DNA of 64,000 nucleotides from an uncultured Candidatus Saccharibacteria bacterium (GTDB taxonomy: Bacteria > Patescibacteriota > Doudnabacteria > UBA920). The position numbers were made by a program, and so were the translations under genes. Below the pieces are notes generated by a model. The model was not told where the DNA came from. It was given only the letters and a program-made list of their open reading frames with translations, and did no database searches. The stretch is from contig CAYLIB010000006.1 in the NCBI GenBank assembly GCA_964384035.1, positions 13,336 to 77,335 of the forward strand, in the 5' to 3' direction. Position 1 is the stretch's first letter, and the number at the start of each line of letters is the position of its first letter. This document shows, piece by piece, positions 10,423-19,789 of this stretch.

Positions 10423-11667
10423 ATGCTAAAGAATTTAGTGTTCGCGCTTATCATGCAGCTTGAGAGAGTAAAGAAGTTTACCCCTTCTCTTTCTGACTTT
10501 GAGTTAATGGAAGTATCTTTTGGTAATTTAAAAGACGCTATCGTCTGTTCGCTAAAAAAACTAGGGAAAGTTGAGTATTATCTAGTTTTCAAGCAGACAG
10601 GTAGTGGAGTCGCTCTAATATTACTTTCTAAAGACTTTAAAGCTATTGCCGGGAGTAGTTCACATACCTCCCCAAAGTTTATAGCCGAAGTAATAAGCTG
10701 TTGGTTAAGAGGGGACCGGTGCGCGGAGTCAGTGTATTCAGAAGCCGAAAGAGATTTCCTTTCTGCCTGTGAATTAATTCAAGGGGCCCTTAATGCTTCT
10801 TCTTATAACTGCAGATCTGATGTTTTAGTTGCTAATAAGGATGAGTCTTCGGTCAGTTGCGTTATGGGAGTTGGTAAGAGTATCCTCGTCTCAGGGTTTA
10901 ACTTTATACATAACAACTTTTTCTTTTCCAAAGGTAGAGAAGGCACAAAGAGCTTTGAATCTTTTTCTGGTTTGGTTGGTGCTATCTCGGAAGAGGCAGA
11001 GAATCAAGTCAGTATTCCGTTGTCTACGCAACTTACGCCAATGGCGCCTTTCTACCTGCAAGCCCTTCACGCGGTTTGTGGTAACAAAAGTATTTTTCCT
11101 GACATGGAAATTAACTGCACCGTAAGAAGTGAGACAGGGCTTTGGGTTGCAAGACTTCAAAAGGTTTCTGGAGGGGTAGATTCTAGGGTTATTCTACGTA
11201 TACCTCAAAATTCAAGTCACACCCTCGAATTTCTGACGAAAATAGGCAAAGAGGATCATTATGGACCGGTAAGAAAATCTGCATTTCAGAACTCAGCTCA
11301 ATTTTTTGCAGAGTTTACTGAACTACTTATTAATCCCGGTTGCTTCCCCTCAAGAGCAGATCTTCCGGAGGAAATAATCGCAAAGATGTTAGGCGAGAGT
11401 CTGAATGCAATACTCGGATACTCTTATGGCAATCTTCCACTGCAGAATTCCGAGGGTCGCTTTGTGGAAACTAAGTACTTTCCAAGGATAGACCTAGGTA
11501 GTTCTCAGGTATTCCAGGAACAAGATAATGAGCATCACCTCACCTATGCAACAACCGAATCCCGCTGGAAGGTTATGAGTGTAAATGCACGGGACGCAAG
11601 TGTTCCTAAAATACACCCTGACCTGTTTTCTGCCCATATCGACTGGTTAAGCAGGGTTCTAGGTTAG
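10423..11667 (+). CDS. hypothetical protein
   Basis: 414 aa. GGAGG RBS. No recognisable domain. Confidence 0.55.
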   Translation: MLKNLVFALIMQLERVKKFTPSLSDFELMEVSFGNLKDAIVCSLKKLGKVEYYLVFKQTGSGVALILLSKDFKAIAGSSSHTSPKFIAEVISCWLRGDRCAESVYSEAERDFLSACELIQGALNASSYNCRSDVLVANKDESSVSCVMGVGKSILVSGFNFIHNNFFFSKGREGTKSFESFSGLVGAISEEAENQVSIPLSTQLTPMAPFYLQALHAVCGNKSIFPDMEINCTVRSETGLWVARLQKVSGGVDSRVILRIPQNSSHTLEFLTKIGKEDHYGPVRKSAFQNSAQFFAEFTELLINPGCFPSRADLPEEIIAKMLGESLNAILGYSYGNLPLQNSEGRFVETKYFPRIDLGSSQVFQEQDNEHHLTYATTESRWKVMSVNARDASVPKIHPDLFSAHIDWLSRVLG

Positions 11668-11670
11668 TAA

Positions 11671-11699
11671 AGTAGCAATAATGCTACTTTTTTTATTTT
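11671..11699 (+). terminator. intrinsic terminator
   Basis: agtagca-ataa-tgctact followed by ttttttatttt. Confidence 0.65.
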
Positions 11700-11726
11700 G
11701 CGTATCTTCTTGATAATATAAATTAT

Positions 11727-13181
11727 ATGAAACCTTACGAATATGAACCTTCTGTTTCCAATGAGCCTCAGCAAGCACACTTAGGTTTCAGGGAACAGAA
11801 GTTGCTGGCCGCCCTACGAAATAATGACCCTAGCTTTTTAGCTATCTCTCAAAAAGAACACCCAAACTGGACGCTAGATACAGAAAATATAGAATACGTA
11901 TTGGATTTAATTCAAACAGGGCGTATCACTGAAGAGCATATTATGGAATTAGTGAGTAACATAAAAGTCAGCGAAGAGCTAGATAAGGCCCAAGAAAGTG
12001 ATCACTTTATAGATTTATGGAAAAATCTTGAGTCCAAAGCCGAAAATTTAAGAAAACAATACAGAACTTTTCTCACCTTTGGTGCTTATAAAAACCATTA
12101 CGACAAAAAATTCAGTAAAGAGGAAGAAGGTCAGGTAAAGTTAATAAAAGAACTTTTGGAAGACAGGGATAAAATAGAGCATGAAGCCTGTAAAGAGTTT
12201 TTCAATAAATACCCCACTGCGTATCAAGCTAGGGAACTGGCAGATGCATTTTTAGAGAAACTCAATGGAAGGATTAGCGAGGTAAAATTTAAACTGTACG
12301 AAACAAGTCTGGAAGAATTTCTAAATGACATATATGGTTCGCAGTACACATATACAAAAATAGCCAAACAAATTTTAAAATCCTATGGTCCCAAAGAAGG
12401 GGAGATGTCAAATGCTGTTGAAAGACAGGAGTTGCCAAAAGGGGTATTTGTTAAAAATACGGTAGAGTCTCCATACAAAGCCACAGGGTTAAACGGCCCA
12501 ATAGCAGCCTGCTCAGATATAGGCGGTAGGAGTAAATATAAAGAGAACCAGGACCGTACAGTCTTAAACATACGAGGTAACGGCTTTGGTGTAATAGATG
12601 GGGTTGGTGGTAGAGAAGAAGGTGAAAAAATGGCGGAGATAGCCGGAAGGGGAATTAATGAGTGGCTAGAAGGGAACAAGGATTCAGTGACCGCTCTTAC
12701 CGATGCGGCGTTCAGTATGAAAAATTATGGATCCGAACCCCCTGCAGCCTGCATGATAGGTGTAAAAATTGAAGAAGGAACACTAAATTACATTCAAGCT
12801 GGAGACGTAAAGCTGGTGGTTTATAACAAAGAAGGCGGTGTTGTATATGAAAGTATCGATGAGGTAGATAGTAGAGGAGTAGTTACAAATGCAATAATTG
12901 CAGGTGAAAAAGCGGAGCTAACCCAAAAAAGCATACGTTTAAATATAGGGGACACCATTGTAGTAGCTTCAGATGGGTTGTATAAGTTTCTAGAGAAAGC
13001 GCATCCAGGTAATTCACTTAAGGTAATAGGGGATAAAGTAAGTGCTTTAAAAGATCCATCCGAAATTCTTACACATATCGGTACACAAGCAAAAGATGAA
13101 ATGGAGACCTACTCTCAGCAAAGAGGACGCGATCTAGGAGATAATATTTCTATAGTTGTTTACAGAATTGAGCAAATCTAA
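11727..13181 (+). CDS. protein with C-terminal PP2C-type Ser/Thr phosphatase domain and unknown N-terminal domain
   Basis: C-terminal half carries PPM motifs: NQDRT, VIDGVGG (cf. DGHGG), ACMIGV, VVASDGLYKF (cf. ASDGLWD). Confidence 0.65.
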   Translation: MKPYEYEPSVSNEPQQAHLGFREQKLLAALRNNDPSFLAISQKEHPNWTLDTENIEYVLDLIQTGRITEEHIMELVSNIKVSEELDKAQESDHFIDLWKNLESKAENLRKQYRTFLTFGAYKNHYDKKFSKEEEGQVKLIKELLEDRDKIEHEACKEFFNKYPTAYQARELADAFLEKLNGRISEVKFKLYETSLEEFLNDIYGSQYTYTKIAKQILKSYGPKEGEMSNAVERQELPKGVFVKNTVESPYKATGLNGPIAACSDIGGRSKYKENQDRTVLNIRGNGFGVIDGVGGREEGEKMAEIAGRGINEWLEGNKDSVTALTDAAFSMKNYGSEPPAACMIGVKIEEGTLNYIQAGDVKLVVYNKEGGVVYESIDEVDSRGVVTNAIIAGEKAELTQKSIRLNIGDTIVVASDGLYKFLEKAHPGNSLKVIGDKVSALKDPSEILTHIGTQAKDEMETYSQQRGRDLGDNISIVVYRIEQI

Positions 13182-13197
13182 AAATACCAATAAATCA

Positions 13198-13232
13198 AAA
13201 GAGCATTCTAGAATTTAGAATGCTCTTTTGAT
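13198..13232 (+). terminator. intrinsic terminator (weak U-tract)
   Basis: agagcattct-agaattt-agaatgctct then tttgattctt. Confidence 0.45.
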
Positions 13233-13323
13233 TCTTGAGATTTTTAGCTCCAGTATTTTCTGAATTTGCAAAGTTAGAGACCGTAAAGTAATCTTATCTT
13301 CCAAACACCAAAGGAGGTTGGTT

Positions 13324-13890
13324 ATGTTAGATCCATATGAACTCGAAACATATCATCATTTAAATTTTGAAACAGATACTGCCAATGCCACTTACATGCC
13401 TGTCATCGTCCTCACTGGAGTGGTTATGATGGGGCTCGTAATTCTAGGAGAGATTGTATGGCAAGTGGCTTGCTTAGTCTCTGCATCAGGAGGAGTATTA
13501 AGTCCTTATTCAGCAGAACTGGTGCATTTCACCCAAATGCTTTCGCTAGTCGCAATTTTAACCTTCTTCTCTGGCGTCGGATTCTGGGCGCATCTCGAAA
13601 CCACGGTACATAAGAACGCTGCAGAGATCAGAAGTATAGAAAAGCGAGCAAAGTTAGTAGATACATATGAGCAGAGAAAATTTACTAATCCTTTAAGAAA
13701 ACTTTCTACACCACTAACGAATAGCTTAATGGCTCTATGTTATCTGTTTACTCTTGGGTTTCTTATGTACAGAGTGAATACATACTGGCAGAATGCCTGG
13801 ATACCCTGGACCACTCTTGTTGCCCTAACCGGATACACGGTTTTCGTTTTATTCAAAGTTCGTCAGTATGTAGAGAGCTTTCAAAAATAA
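13324..13890 (+). CDS. hypothetical integral membrane protein
   Basis: AGGAGG RBS 6 nt before ATG 13324. Four or more hydrophobic helices. Confidence 0.6.
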   Translation: MLDPYELETYHHLNFETDTANATYMPVIVLTGVVMMGLVILGEIVWQVACLVSASGGVLSPYSAELVHFTQMLSLVAILTFFSGVGFWAHLETTVHKNAAEIRSIEKRAKLVDTYEQRKFTNPLRKLSTPLTNSLMALCYLFTLGFLMYRVNTYWQNAWIPWTTLVALTGYTVFVLFKVRQYVESFQK

Positions 13891-13906
13891 GCTTCGCAAA
13901 TTCCTT

Positions 13907-15187
13907 TTAAGGGATTTTTTTTATTATTTCCTTATACTTTTGCGCGCTTGGTCTAACGGTTCTATGCATATTAATTCTGTCCACCTCAACTAGTCCAAAC
14001 TTTGGCCAGAATCCTTTATCCCATTCGAGGTTATCAAGTAAGGACCAATAAAAATATCCCCTTACATCTATCCCTTCTTCTCTAGCCTTCATAATCTGAC
14101 TAATATGATCCTCGATTGCTTTGGCTCTTATTCTATCCCTACTGTCAGTCACTCCATTCTCGGTTACTATCATTGGTATATGGTATCTTCTCCATGCTAT
14201 CTCCATAAATTTTCTAAGGCCTATTGGATAGACTTCCCAACCCATATCTGTTTTTTCGCCTGGACCAGGTACTTGTTTGAACCAATCTACTATCCCTCGA
14301 GTATAATACTGTACTCCTATGAAATCTAAATTACCCACGAGCTTGTCTAGAAACAACCAATTAGCTAAATAGTGACCCAGCTTTACCGTAAGCCTGTTGA
14401 CTAGTTTATTTTCGAAAGCTTCCAAATAAAAACCAGCGTGCGGTATGCCCACAAAGGCGTCTTCCTGATAAGTATGTATAAGTTTGTACGCTTTATTATG
14501 CGCTATCGCAAAATTTTTCAGTACCTTATACGCAGCAATAGGGTTCTTTTTATTTGGGGGGTATTCACCTGTAAGGTAACCCCCGCCAAGGCTCATAATC
14601 GGTTCATTTAGAGTCATCCAGTGCTTAACTCTCCCCCGGTAAGTCTGTACCATCCTCTCTACAAATCTTAAGTAATAATCTACTGTTTTACTATTTGACC
14701 AGTCACCTATATCTCTAATCCATAAAGGGTTCGTTCTATGCCATAGAGTTACCCAGGGGGTTATTCCCACTTCTTTCAGCTTGTCTAGTACTTCAAAGTA
14801 ATGCTGTATTTCTCTTTCGTCCCATTTACCTTCTGTGGGTTCTATGCGGGACCATTCAATAGAGAAACGGTAAGCATCAACACCAAGAGATTTCATAATC
14901 TCAATGTCTTCTATAAATTTATTGTAATGATCAGCCGCATTTCCAGAAATATAGTTTTTAGGATCTGTTGCTTCAGGTTCTATCGCTTCCCAATCTGGTA
15001 CCACTTTTTCAAACTTATGAGCAGACTCTTTAGCTAACCTATTAGCGTTCTTCAGTTCCCACGCACTCCAGTCATTAGTATTCCCGCCTTCCACTTGATG
15101 GGCAGCGGTAGATACTCCAAAAATAAACTTCTCTTTTTGTCTATTTATTTGGTTCTCACTTTGTTGTTGAATAACTTCTTCATTCAT
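13907..15187 (-). CDS. GH1 family beta-glucosidase
   Basis: FIFGVSTAAHQVEGG N-motif. Catalytic acid/base TLNEP and nucleophile ITENG. Confidence 0.9.
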   Translation of the reverse strand: MNEEVIQQQSENQINRQKEKFIFGVSTAAHQVEGGNTNDWSAWELKNANRLAKESAHKFEKVVPDWEAIEPEATDPKNYISGNAADHYNKFIEDIEIMKSLGVDAYRFSIEWSRIEPTEGKWDEREIQHYFEVLDKLKEVGITPWVTLWHRTNPLWIRDIGDWSNSKTVDYYLRFVERMVQTYRGRVKHWMTLNEPIMSLGGGYLTGEYPPNKKNPIAAYKVLKNFAIAHNKAYKLIHTYQEDAFVGIPHAGFYLEAFENKLVNRLTVKLGHYLANWLFLDKLVGNLDFIGVQYYTRGIVDWFKQVPGPGEKTDMGWEVYPIGLRKFMEIAWRRYHIPMIVTENGVTDSRDRIRAKAIEDHISQIMKAREEGIDVRGYFYWSLLDNLEWDKGFWPKFGLVEVDRINMHRTVRPSAQKYKEIIKKIP

Positions 15188-15238
15188 AACTAGAGTATAA
15201 GGCTATTCTGGAAATTAAGAAATAAAAAAGCTCCATTT

Positions 15239-15634
15239 TCATGGAGTAATTTTACTAAACAATCTTGTCGTTGCCTGTATCAGAGTAGGACTTAGGTTAT
15301 GTATTGAATACTGAAAGATCTCATAACCCACGCCTAGCAGTACAGGTAAAACGAATGCGATAAAGAAAATAAAAAGGGCAAATCTTTTTGTAGAAGTATG
15401 GTCTAATTTTTCAAAAAGTTGAGCTTTTAAAGAAGCATTCTCTTCTCGCAATTTTTCAAAACCCTCGAGTTTGTTATGTAGCTCAGCATTCTCTTCGAGG
15501 GTTTTTATGGTAAAAATGAATGTTTGCAAAAGCAAAAAAGATTGTGGTAGGTTCGGGGTTTGCGGAATCGTATCCTCGCCCCAAGTCGTACTAGTTTTTC
15601 GACGTCCTTTGGTATCTGTCCGTCGCTGGCTCAT
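15239..15634 (-). CDS. hypothetical coiled-coil / C-terminal TM protein (doubtful)
   Basis: 131-aa ORF. Overlaps a spurious 5' extension of the ABC gene ORF. Weak support. Confidence 0.3.
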   Translation of the reverse strand: MSQRRTDTKGRRKTSTTWGEDTIPQTPNLPQSFLLLQTFIFTIKTLEENAELHNKLEGFEKLREENASLKAQLFEKLDHTSTKRFALFIFFIAFVLPVLLGVGYEIFQYSIHNLSPTLIQATTRLFSKITP

Positions 15635-15745
15635 ATGTATTCCTTCCTTAGAAATTTTTTGCCAATTTCAGGGCATTCAATTGACCATGCATACTATCCA
15701 ATGTCTATTTGCTTGTCAATAATATTTTCGGGTTATAATAACCCT

Positions 15746-16690
15746 ATGGAAAAAGTTATCGAAGTTTTAGACCTAGAAAAAGAGTACATCCAAAAAAACA
15801 GTATTTTTGGTGTCAAAAAAGTCTTTAAAGCATTAAATAAAATCACCTTCTCTGTTATGAAAGGGGAAGTATTTGGTATTCTTGGTCCTAATGGGGCAGG
15901 AAAGACCACCACTTTAGAAATACTGGAAACCCTTAGGGAAGCAAGCGCGGGAGGTGTAAGTTTATTAGGTTTAGATATTAATAAATCTGCAGGTGAAATC
16001 AAAAAGCGTATAGGTGTACAACTTCAGGAAAGCGGTTATTTACACAGCATTACACTTAGTGAGCTCTTGGTCTTATTTGCTTCAATTTACAATAAAAAAA
16101 TTGACCCAATGCAGATGCTTCATTTTGTCGGGCTTGAAGACAAAGCAGACGAAGTGGTAAAAAACCTTTCCGGTGGACAGAAGCAGAGATTTACAATTGC
16201 CAGTTCATTAGTAAACGACCCAGAAATATTATTTTTAGACGAACCCACCACCGGTCTCGATCCAAGAGCGAGAAGAGATCTTTGGGAGCTTATAAAAGGT
16301 ATCCAGAAAAGGGGAGTAACTATAATCCTAACTACACATTATATGGAAGAAGCAGAATTTCTTTGCGATCGTGTAGCTATTATGGACAAAGGAAAATTAG
16401 TTACAGTAAGTGAACCAAAGAATCTTATAAACAATCTTGCTAGTACGACCCAGGTATCGTTCCTAACTCAAAGTATCTTAAATGATGATTTTTGGAAATC
16501 TATTCCACAGGTGTTAAAAGTTCACACAAACAGTCCAAAAATTATTTTAGAAATAAGCAGCTTAGACTGCTTAGGTTCTATAGTCGATCTGCTCAAAAGA
16601 GGAAACGTTCCTTTTAGCTCGTTTACAGTAAAAACAGCTACTCTTGAAGACGTTTATCTACATTTAACCGGTAAAGAATTCGAAATCTAA
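15746..16690 (+). CDS. ABC transporter ATP-binding protein (ABC-2 exporter type)
   Basis: Walker A GPNGAGKTT, signature LSGGQKQR, Walker B ILFLDEPT. True start is the internal ATG 15746 (MEKVIEVLDL), not 15560. Confidence 0.9.
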   Translation: MEKVIEVLDLEKEYIQKNSIFGVKKVFKALNKITFSVMKGEVFGILGPNGAGKTTTLEILETLREASAGGVSLLGLDINKSAGEIKKRIGVQLQESGYLHSITLSELLVLFASIYNKKIDPMQMLHFVGLEDKADEVVKNLSGGQKQRFTIASSLVNDPEILFLDEPTTGLDPRARRDLWELIKGIQKRGVTIILTTHYMEEAEFLCDRVAIMDKGKLVTVSEPKNLINNLASTTQVSFLTQSILNDDFWKSIPQVLKVHTNSPKIILEISSLDCLGSIVDLLKRGNVPFSSFTVKTATLEDVYLHLTGKEFEI

Positions 16691-16691
16691 A

Positions 16692-17435
16692 ATGTCATTT
16701 ATCCAACTTTTCAAAACTAATTTAAGAATGATCTATAGGTATCCTCAAGCACTCTTCTGGATACTTATTATGCCCTTAGGTTTCTACATAATTCTATCTC
16801 TATTCAAAATAGAAAAGTTTATTTCGCTTCCGACCACATACTCAGAGTTTCTACTCCCGGGTTTAATAGCTCTTACTATAATGCAAAATGGTATATATGG
16901 GTTAGCATATTGGTTGGTAGATTTAAGAGCACAAGGAGTAGTTAAAAGGTTTTTAGTAACTCCTATTAATCCGATTACTCTAGTCCTAAGTGTTGTAACT
17001 GCTCGTACAATAATCGCCTTTGCTCAGGTTTTGTTGCTTACCCTAGCAGGAGTATTATTCTTCGATGTGCACGTTAATCTTAACATTATTCCAATTCTAT
17101 TTTTTGTAATTTTAGGCAGCCTTGTCTTTTTACTAGTTGGTCTATTTATTTCTACACTAGCAAAAAGTTACGATGTGGCCGCTCCAATAACTGCTCTCTT
17201 CGGGTTACCCATGACTTTTCTGGGAGGTGCTTTCTATCCAGTGGAATCGATGCCGAGAGCGCTAAATATAGTCGCTCATATCTTACCGATAACATATTTT
17301 TCTCATTCACTAAGAACCCTCTTCCTCAATCCTTTTTCATTAAACGACATATGGAAAGATTTCATAGTACTCTCTGCTTGGCTTATATTCCTGCTGGTTT
17401 TGGTTTCGTGGCGATTCAAATCTGAAGCAAAATAA
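16692..17435 (+). CDS. ABC-2 type transporter permease
   Basis: 247 aa, six hydrophobic helices. Starts 1 nt after the ATPase stop. Confidence 0.75.
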   Translation: MSFIQLFKTNLRMIYRYPQALFWILIMPLGFYIILSLFKIEKFISLPTTYSEFLLPGLIALTIMQNGIYGLAYWLVDLRAQGVVKRFLVTPINPITLVLSVVTARTIIAFAQVLLLTLAGVLFFDVHVNLNIIPILFFVILGSLVFLLVGLFISTLAKSYDVAAPITALFGLPMTFLGGAFYPVESMPRALNIVAHILPITYFSHSLRTLFLNPFSLNDIWKDFIVLSAWLIFLLVLVSWRFKSEAK

Positions 17436-17439
17436 AAAT

Positions 17440-17486
17440 AGACGTACTCACATTTCCAAAAAATAAATGAGTACGTCTTTTCCTTT
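17440..17486. terminator. bidirectional terminator
   Basis: agacgtactca-(17 nt)-tgagtacgtct followed by tttcctttat. Confidence 0.5.
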
Positions 17487-17840
17487 ATGGGGACTCTTAC
17501 TTAGATGTTCTGTTAACCTGCTTCTACTTTTATCAGCAGCAATTACTTCTTCATCGGCAATCGCAAGCCACGTATTCCCGTAAGTATGGTGAAGCATGGT
17601 AATATTTGCGTCTAGCCATTGTCGGTTAGATAATTTCACTTTTGCCCTTCTTGACGAAGGAAAGCTTTTGTATAAACCGATAATTACAATCGATAGTAAA
17701 GCTATTAATATCAATAAACTGTTCACCAAAAATACTATTTTACCTAGTACGGCAAGAAAAGTTAGGTTCACAAGCAGCGCTATTAATAGCATATATCCTG
17801 CCACGCGGATCTTGTATTTCATAATTACCTCCAAGTTCAT
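17448..17840 (-). CDS. hypothetical membrane protein
   Basis: Two N-terminal TM helices. Last gene of the mur-tsaB minus-strand operon. Confidence 0.5.
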   Translation of the reverse strand: MNLEVIMKYKIRVAGYMLLIALLVNLTFLAVLGKIVFLVNSLLILIALLSIVIIGLYKSFPSSRRAKVKLSNRQWLDANITMLHHTYGNTWLAIADEEVIAADKSRSRLTEHLSKSPHKGKDVLIYFLEM

Positions 17841-17846
17841 CGAATG

Positions 17847-18212
17847 TTACAAAGCTGGTTTGTTATATTTTACGTTTATTTTCCCTGTCGTTCTAACTCT
17901 AATTAATTCACCCCGATTATTTGGTATTTTATTAGAATCAATAAAGACAAAAGGTATATTGAGACCCTTAGAAATCCCTAGAATTATACTCGCCCCTACT
18001 CGAGTGCCCGTAAAAGAACCTGGTCCCGAAGCACAAACTACTTTTGTGAGTTTATTTTTATCTGCGCCCAAAAAGTCCGATAAAAACTTAAGTATCGTGT
18101 TGCTTTCAGAGTGGGGGAGCGAGATATTTTGTTCTCTAATAATTTTCCCTTCAACAGAAATTAAAGAAAATTCCACCTTCCCCCAAACAGTTGTATCTAA
18201 AAATAAAATCAT
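17847..18212 (-). CDS. tsaB: TsaB-like (short form) t6A-biosynthesis partner protein
   Basis: N-terminal ASKHA fold with the diagnostic ASGPGSFTGTRVG (GPGSFTGLRIG) motif. Only 121 aa. Start overlaps the Mur ligase stop (ATGA). Confidence 0.6.
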   Translation of the reverse strand: MILFLDTTVWGKVEFSLISVEGKIIREQNISLPHSESNTILKFLSDFLGADKNKLTKVVCASGPGSFTGTRVGASIILGISKGLNIPFVFIDSNKIPNNRGELIRVRTTGKINVKYNKPAL

Positions 18213-19540
18213 AAACTTTTTACTTGTAACTCATGTCTTACTACTTCTCTCTCATCCCACGCAATTCGTTTATCTCCCGGTAATACTAAAAACTGCTCGC
18301 TACCCTTACCAGTAAATAAAATCGTATCGTCTGTTTCTGCTATTTCTAAAGCGTGTTTAATCGCCTCCCTACGGTCCAAAACTATCTTAATACTTGTTAC
18401 CTTTAACTCTTTACTTGCCACTTGAGAAATTCCTGCTCTTATATTATTAGCGATTTCGAGTGGGTCGCTATTATATACATCATCATTAGTAATAATAATT
18501 GTATCGGAGTATTTTGCCGACAGCTCGCCAAATTTAAACCTTTTTGAGATATCCCTGTGGCCACCTGTAGAACCAAAAACATGAATTAGTCTACCTTTTG
18601 TGCTTTTTCTTACACTTGGCAAAACCTCTTCGAAATGTTTAGGTTCACATGCATAGTCAACAATAATTCTTATATCGCGATCATTGAGGATTTCCTCCAT
18701 CCTACCCGGAACACCCCTAAAATCTTCCATTGCCTTTGCTGCTCCTCCCAAATCAACTCCCAGCATATTTGCAGTTGCAATCGCTAGTATTGCGTTATAT
18801 ACGCTAAACTCTCCCTGTGTAGATAGTGGAAAATAGGTATCTTGCATCTTAAATCTCTTTTCAATATCACTCGAAACTTCTGCTACTGTAAATATATTCA
18901 CCTTACCCAAATATTTACTTGCTTCCTTAATACTCACCCCAAAATATTTATCGGTTTTAAAACCCAAAAAATAGTCAGCATAGGAGTCATCTAAATTCAC
19001 CCCGATCATTTTTTCTTTCATGAATTCCTTATGTGGGTGTTTAGAGAGTGAAGCAAAAAGTCTTCCCTTCGCTTTTTTATAATTTTCGAACCCACCATGG
19101 GCTTCTAAATGTGCAGGTGACAAATTAGTAAGTAGGGCAACATCAAAATTTATTCCCAGATGTCTATTCTGAGCAAGACCTTCAGAAGTTGCCTCTATAA
19201 TTGCATACTTACACCCTGCCTCAACCATCAAAGAGAGTTGCTTCTGAAGAAGTCGCTCATTAGGCATGGAAAGACCGTGCTTATTTAGCTGCGGTATTTC
19301 CCCATAAGAATAGTTGGTTGTGGTAATAAAGCCAGTCTTGTTGCCGGTAGCATTTAAGATATGGGCTAGTATATTTACAGTGCTAGATTTTCCTGCTGTC
19401 CCCGTAACGCCTATTACTATAAGCTTGCTGCTAGGGAATCCATATTTTCTACTTGCTATTAAAGATTGGGTTGCATGATAAAAAGGCCTCATTTTTTTAA
19501 TTAAGCCCTCAGGGAGTACTTTTTTAAGAAGTTTTTTCAT
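18209..19540 (-). CDS. Mur ligase family protein (MurE-like UDP-MurNAc-tripeptide synthetase, N-terminally short)
   Basis: P-loop IGVTGTAGKSST. DYACEP resembles MurE DYAHTP. Only about 45 aa precede the P-loop. Confidence 0.72.
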   Translation of the reverse strand: MKKLLKKVLPEGLIKKMRPFYHATQSLIASRKYGFPSSKLIVIGVTGTAGKSSTVNILAHILNATGNKTGFITTTNYSYGEIPQLNKHGLSMPNERLLQKQLSLMVEAGCKYAIIEATSEGLAQNRHLGINFDVALLTNLSPAHLEAHGGFENYKKAKGRLFASLSKHPHKEFMKEKMIGVNLDDSYADYFLGFKTDKYFGVSIKEASKYLGKVNIFTVAEVSSDIEKRFKMQDTYFPLSTQGEFSVYNAILAIATANMLGVDLGGAAKAMEDFRGVPGRMEEILNDRDIRIIVDYACEPKHFEEVLPSVRKSTKGRLIHVFGSTGGHRDISKRFKFGELSAKYSDTIIITNDDVYNSDPLEIANNIRAGISQVASKELKVTSIKIVLDRREAIKHALEIAETDDTILFTGKGSEQFLVLPGDKRIAWDEREVVRHELQVKSL

Positions 19541-19603
19541 ACCTATAGTTTATATGAATTTCTGGAGACTTGCATAATATTTATATAAGACTATAATAAG
19601 TTT

Positions 19604-19718
19604 CTCTCAGGAAGTCCTGAGAGAGAAGGGGATTATAAACCCACCGGTATCCATAGTGGTTCAGATTGTGAATCCTAGTGGGTGACCTAAATTCGGCGGA
19701 TACCGGTGGTCTTTTTTT
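19604..19718 (+). ncRNA. candidate small RNA, antisense to flanking minus-strand genes
   Basis: Putative promoter TTGCAT-16-TATAAT (19570-19597). 5' hairpin tctctcagg-aagt-cctgagaga. 12-bp perfect stem ccaccggtatcc/ggataccggtgg (19641-19652 / 19698-19709) followed by tcttttttt. Confidence 0.3.
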
Positions 19719-19756
19719 CTCTTCCCAAGAACGCAAAGTTCTTGGTTTCTCTTACT

Positions 19757-19786
19757 AAAAAGCTCTTCTGAATGGAAGAGCTTTTT
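19757..19786. terminator. bidirectional terminator
   Basis: aaaaagctcttc-tgaatg-gaagagcttttt. Confidence 0.6.
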
Positions 19787-19789
19787 CAA

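Noticed and set aside
15560-15745. ORF-track 5' extension of the ABC ATPase gene (MRNRILAPSR...).
   Set aside because: The conserved ABC N-terminus starts at the internal ATG 15746. The extension overlaps an opposite-strand ORF and has no RBS.
17596-18315. 239-aa plus-strand ORF antisense to tsaB / Mur ligase.
   Set aside because: It lies entirely antisense to two well-supported genes and is low-complexity and hydrophobic. Typical antisense artefact in AT-rich DNA.
19604-19718. SRP (4.5S) RNA or tRNA identity for the sRNA candidate.
   Set aside because: No GGAA tetraloop or AGCAG asymmetric loop of SRP domain IV. No tRNA cloverleaf or GTTC T-loop.
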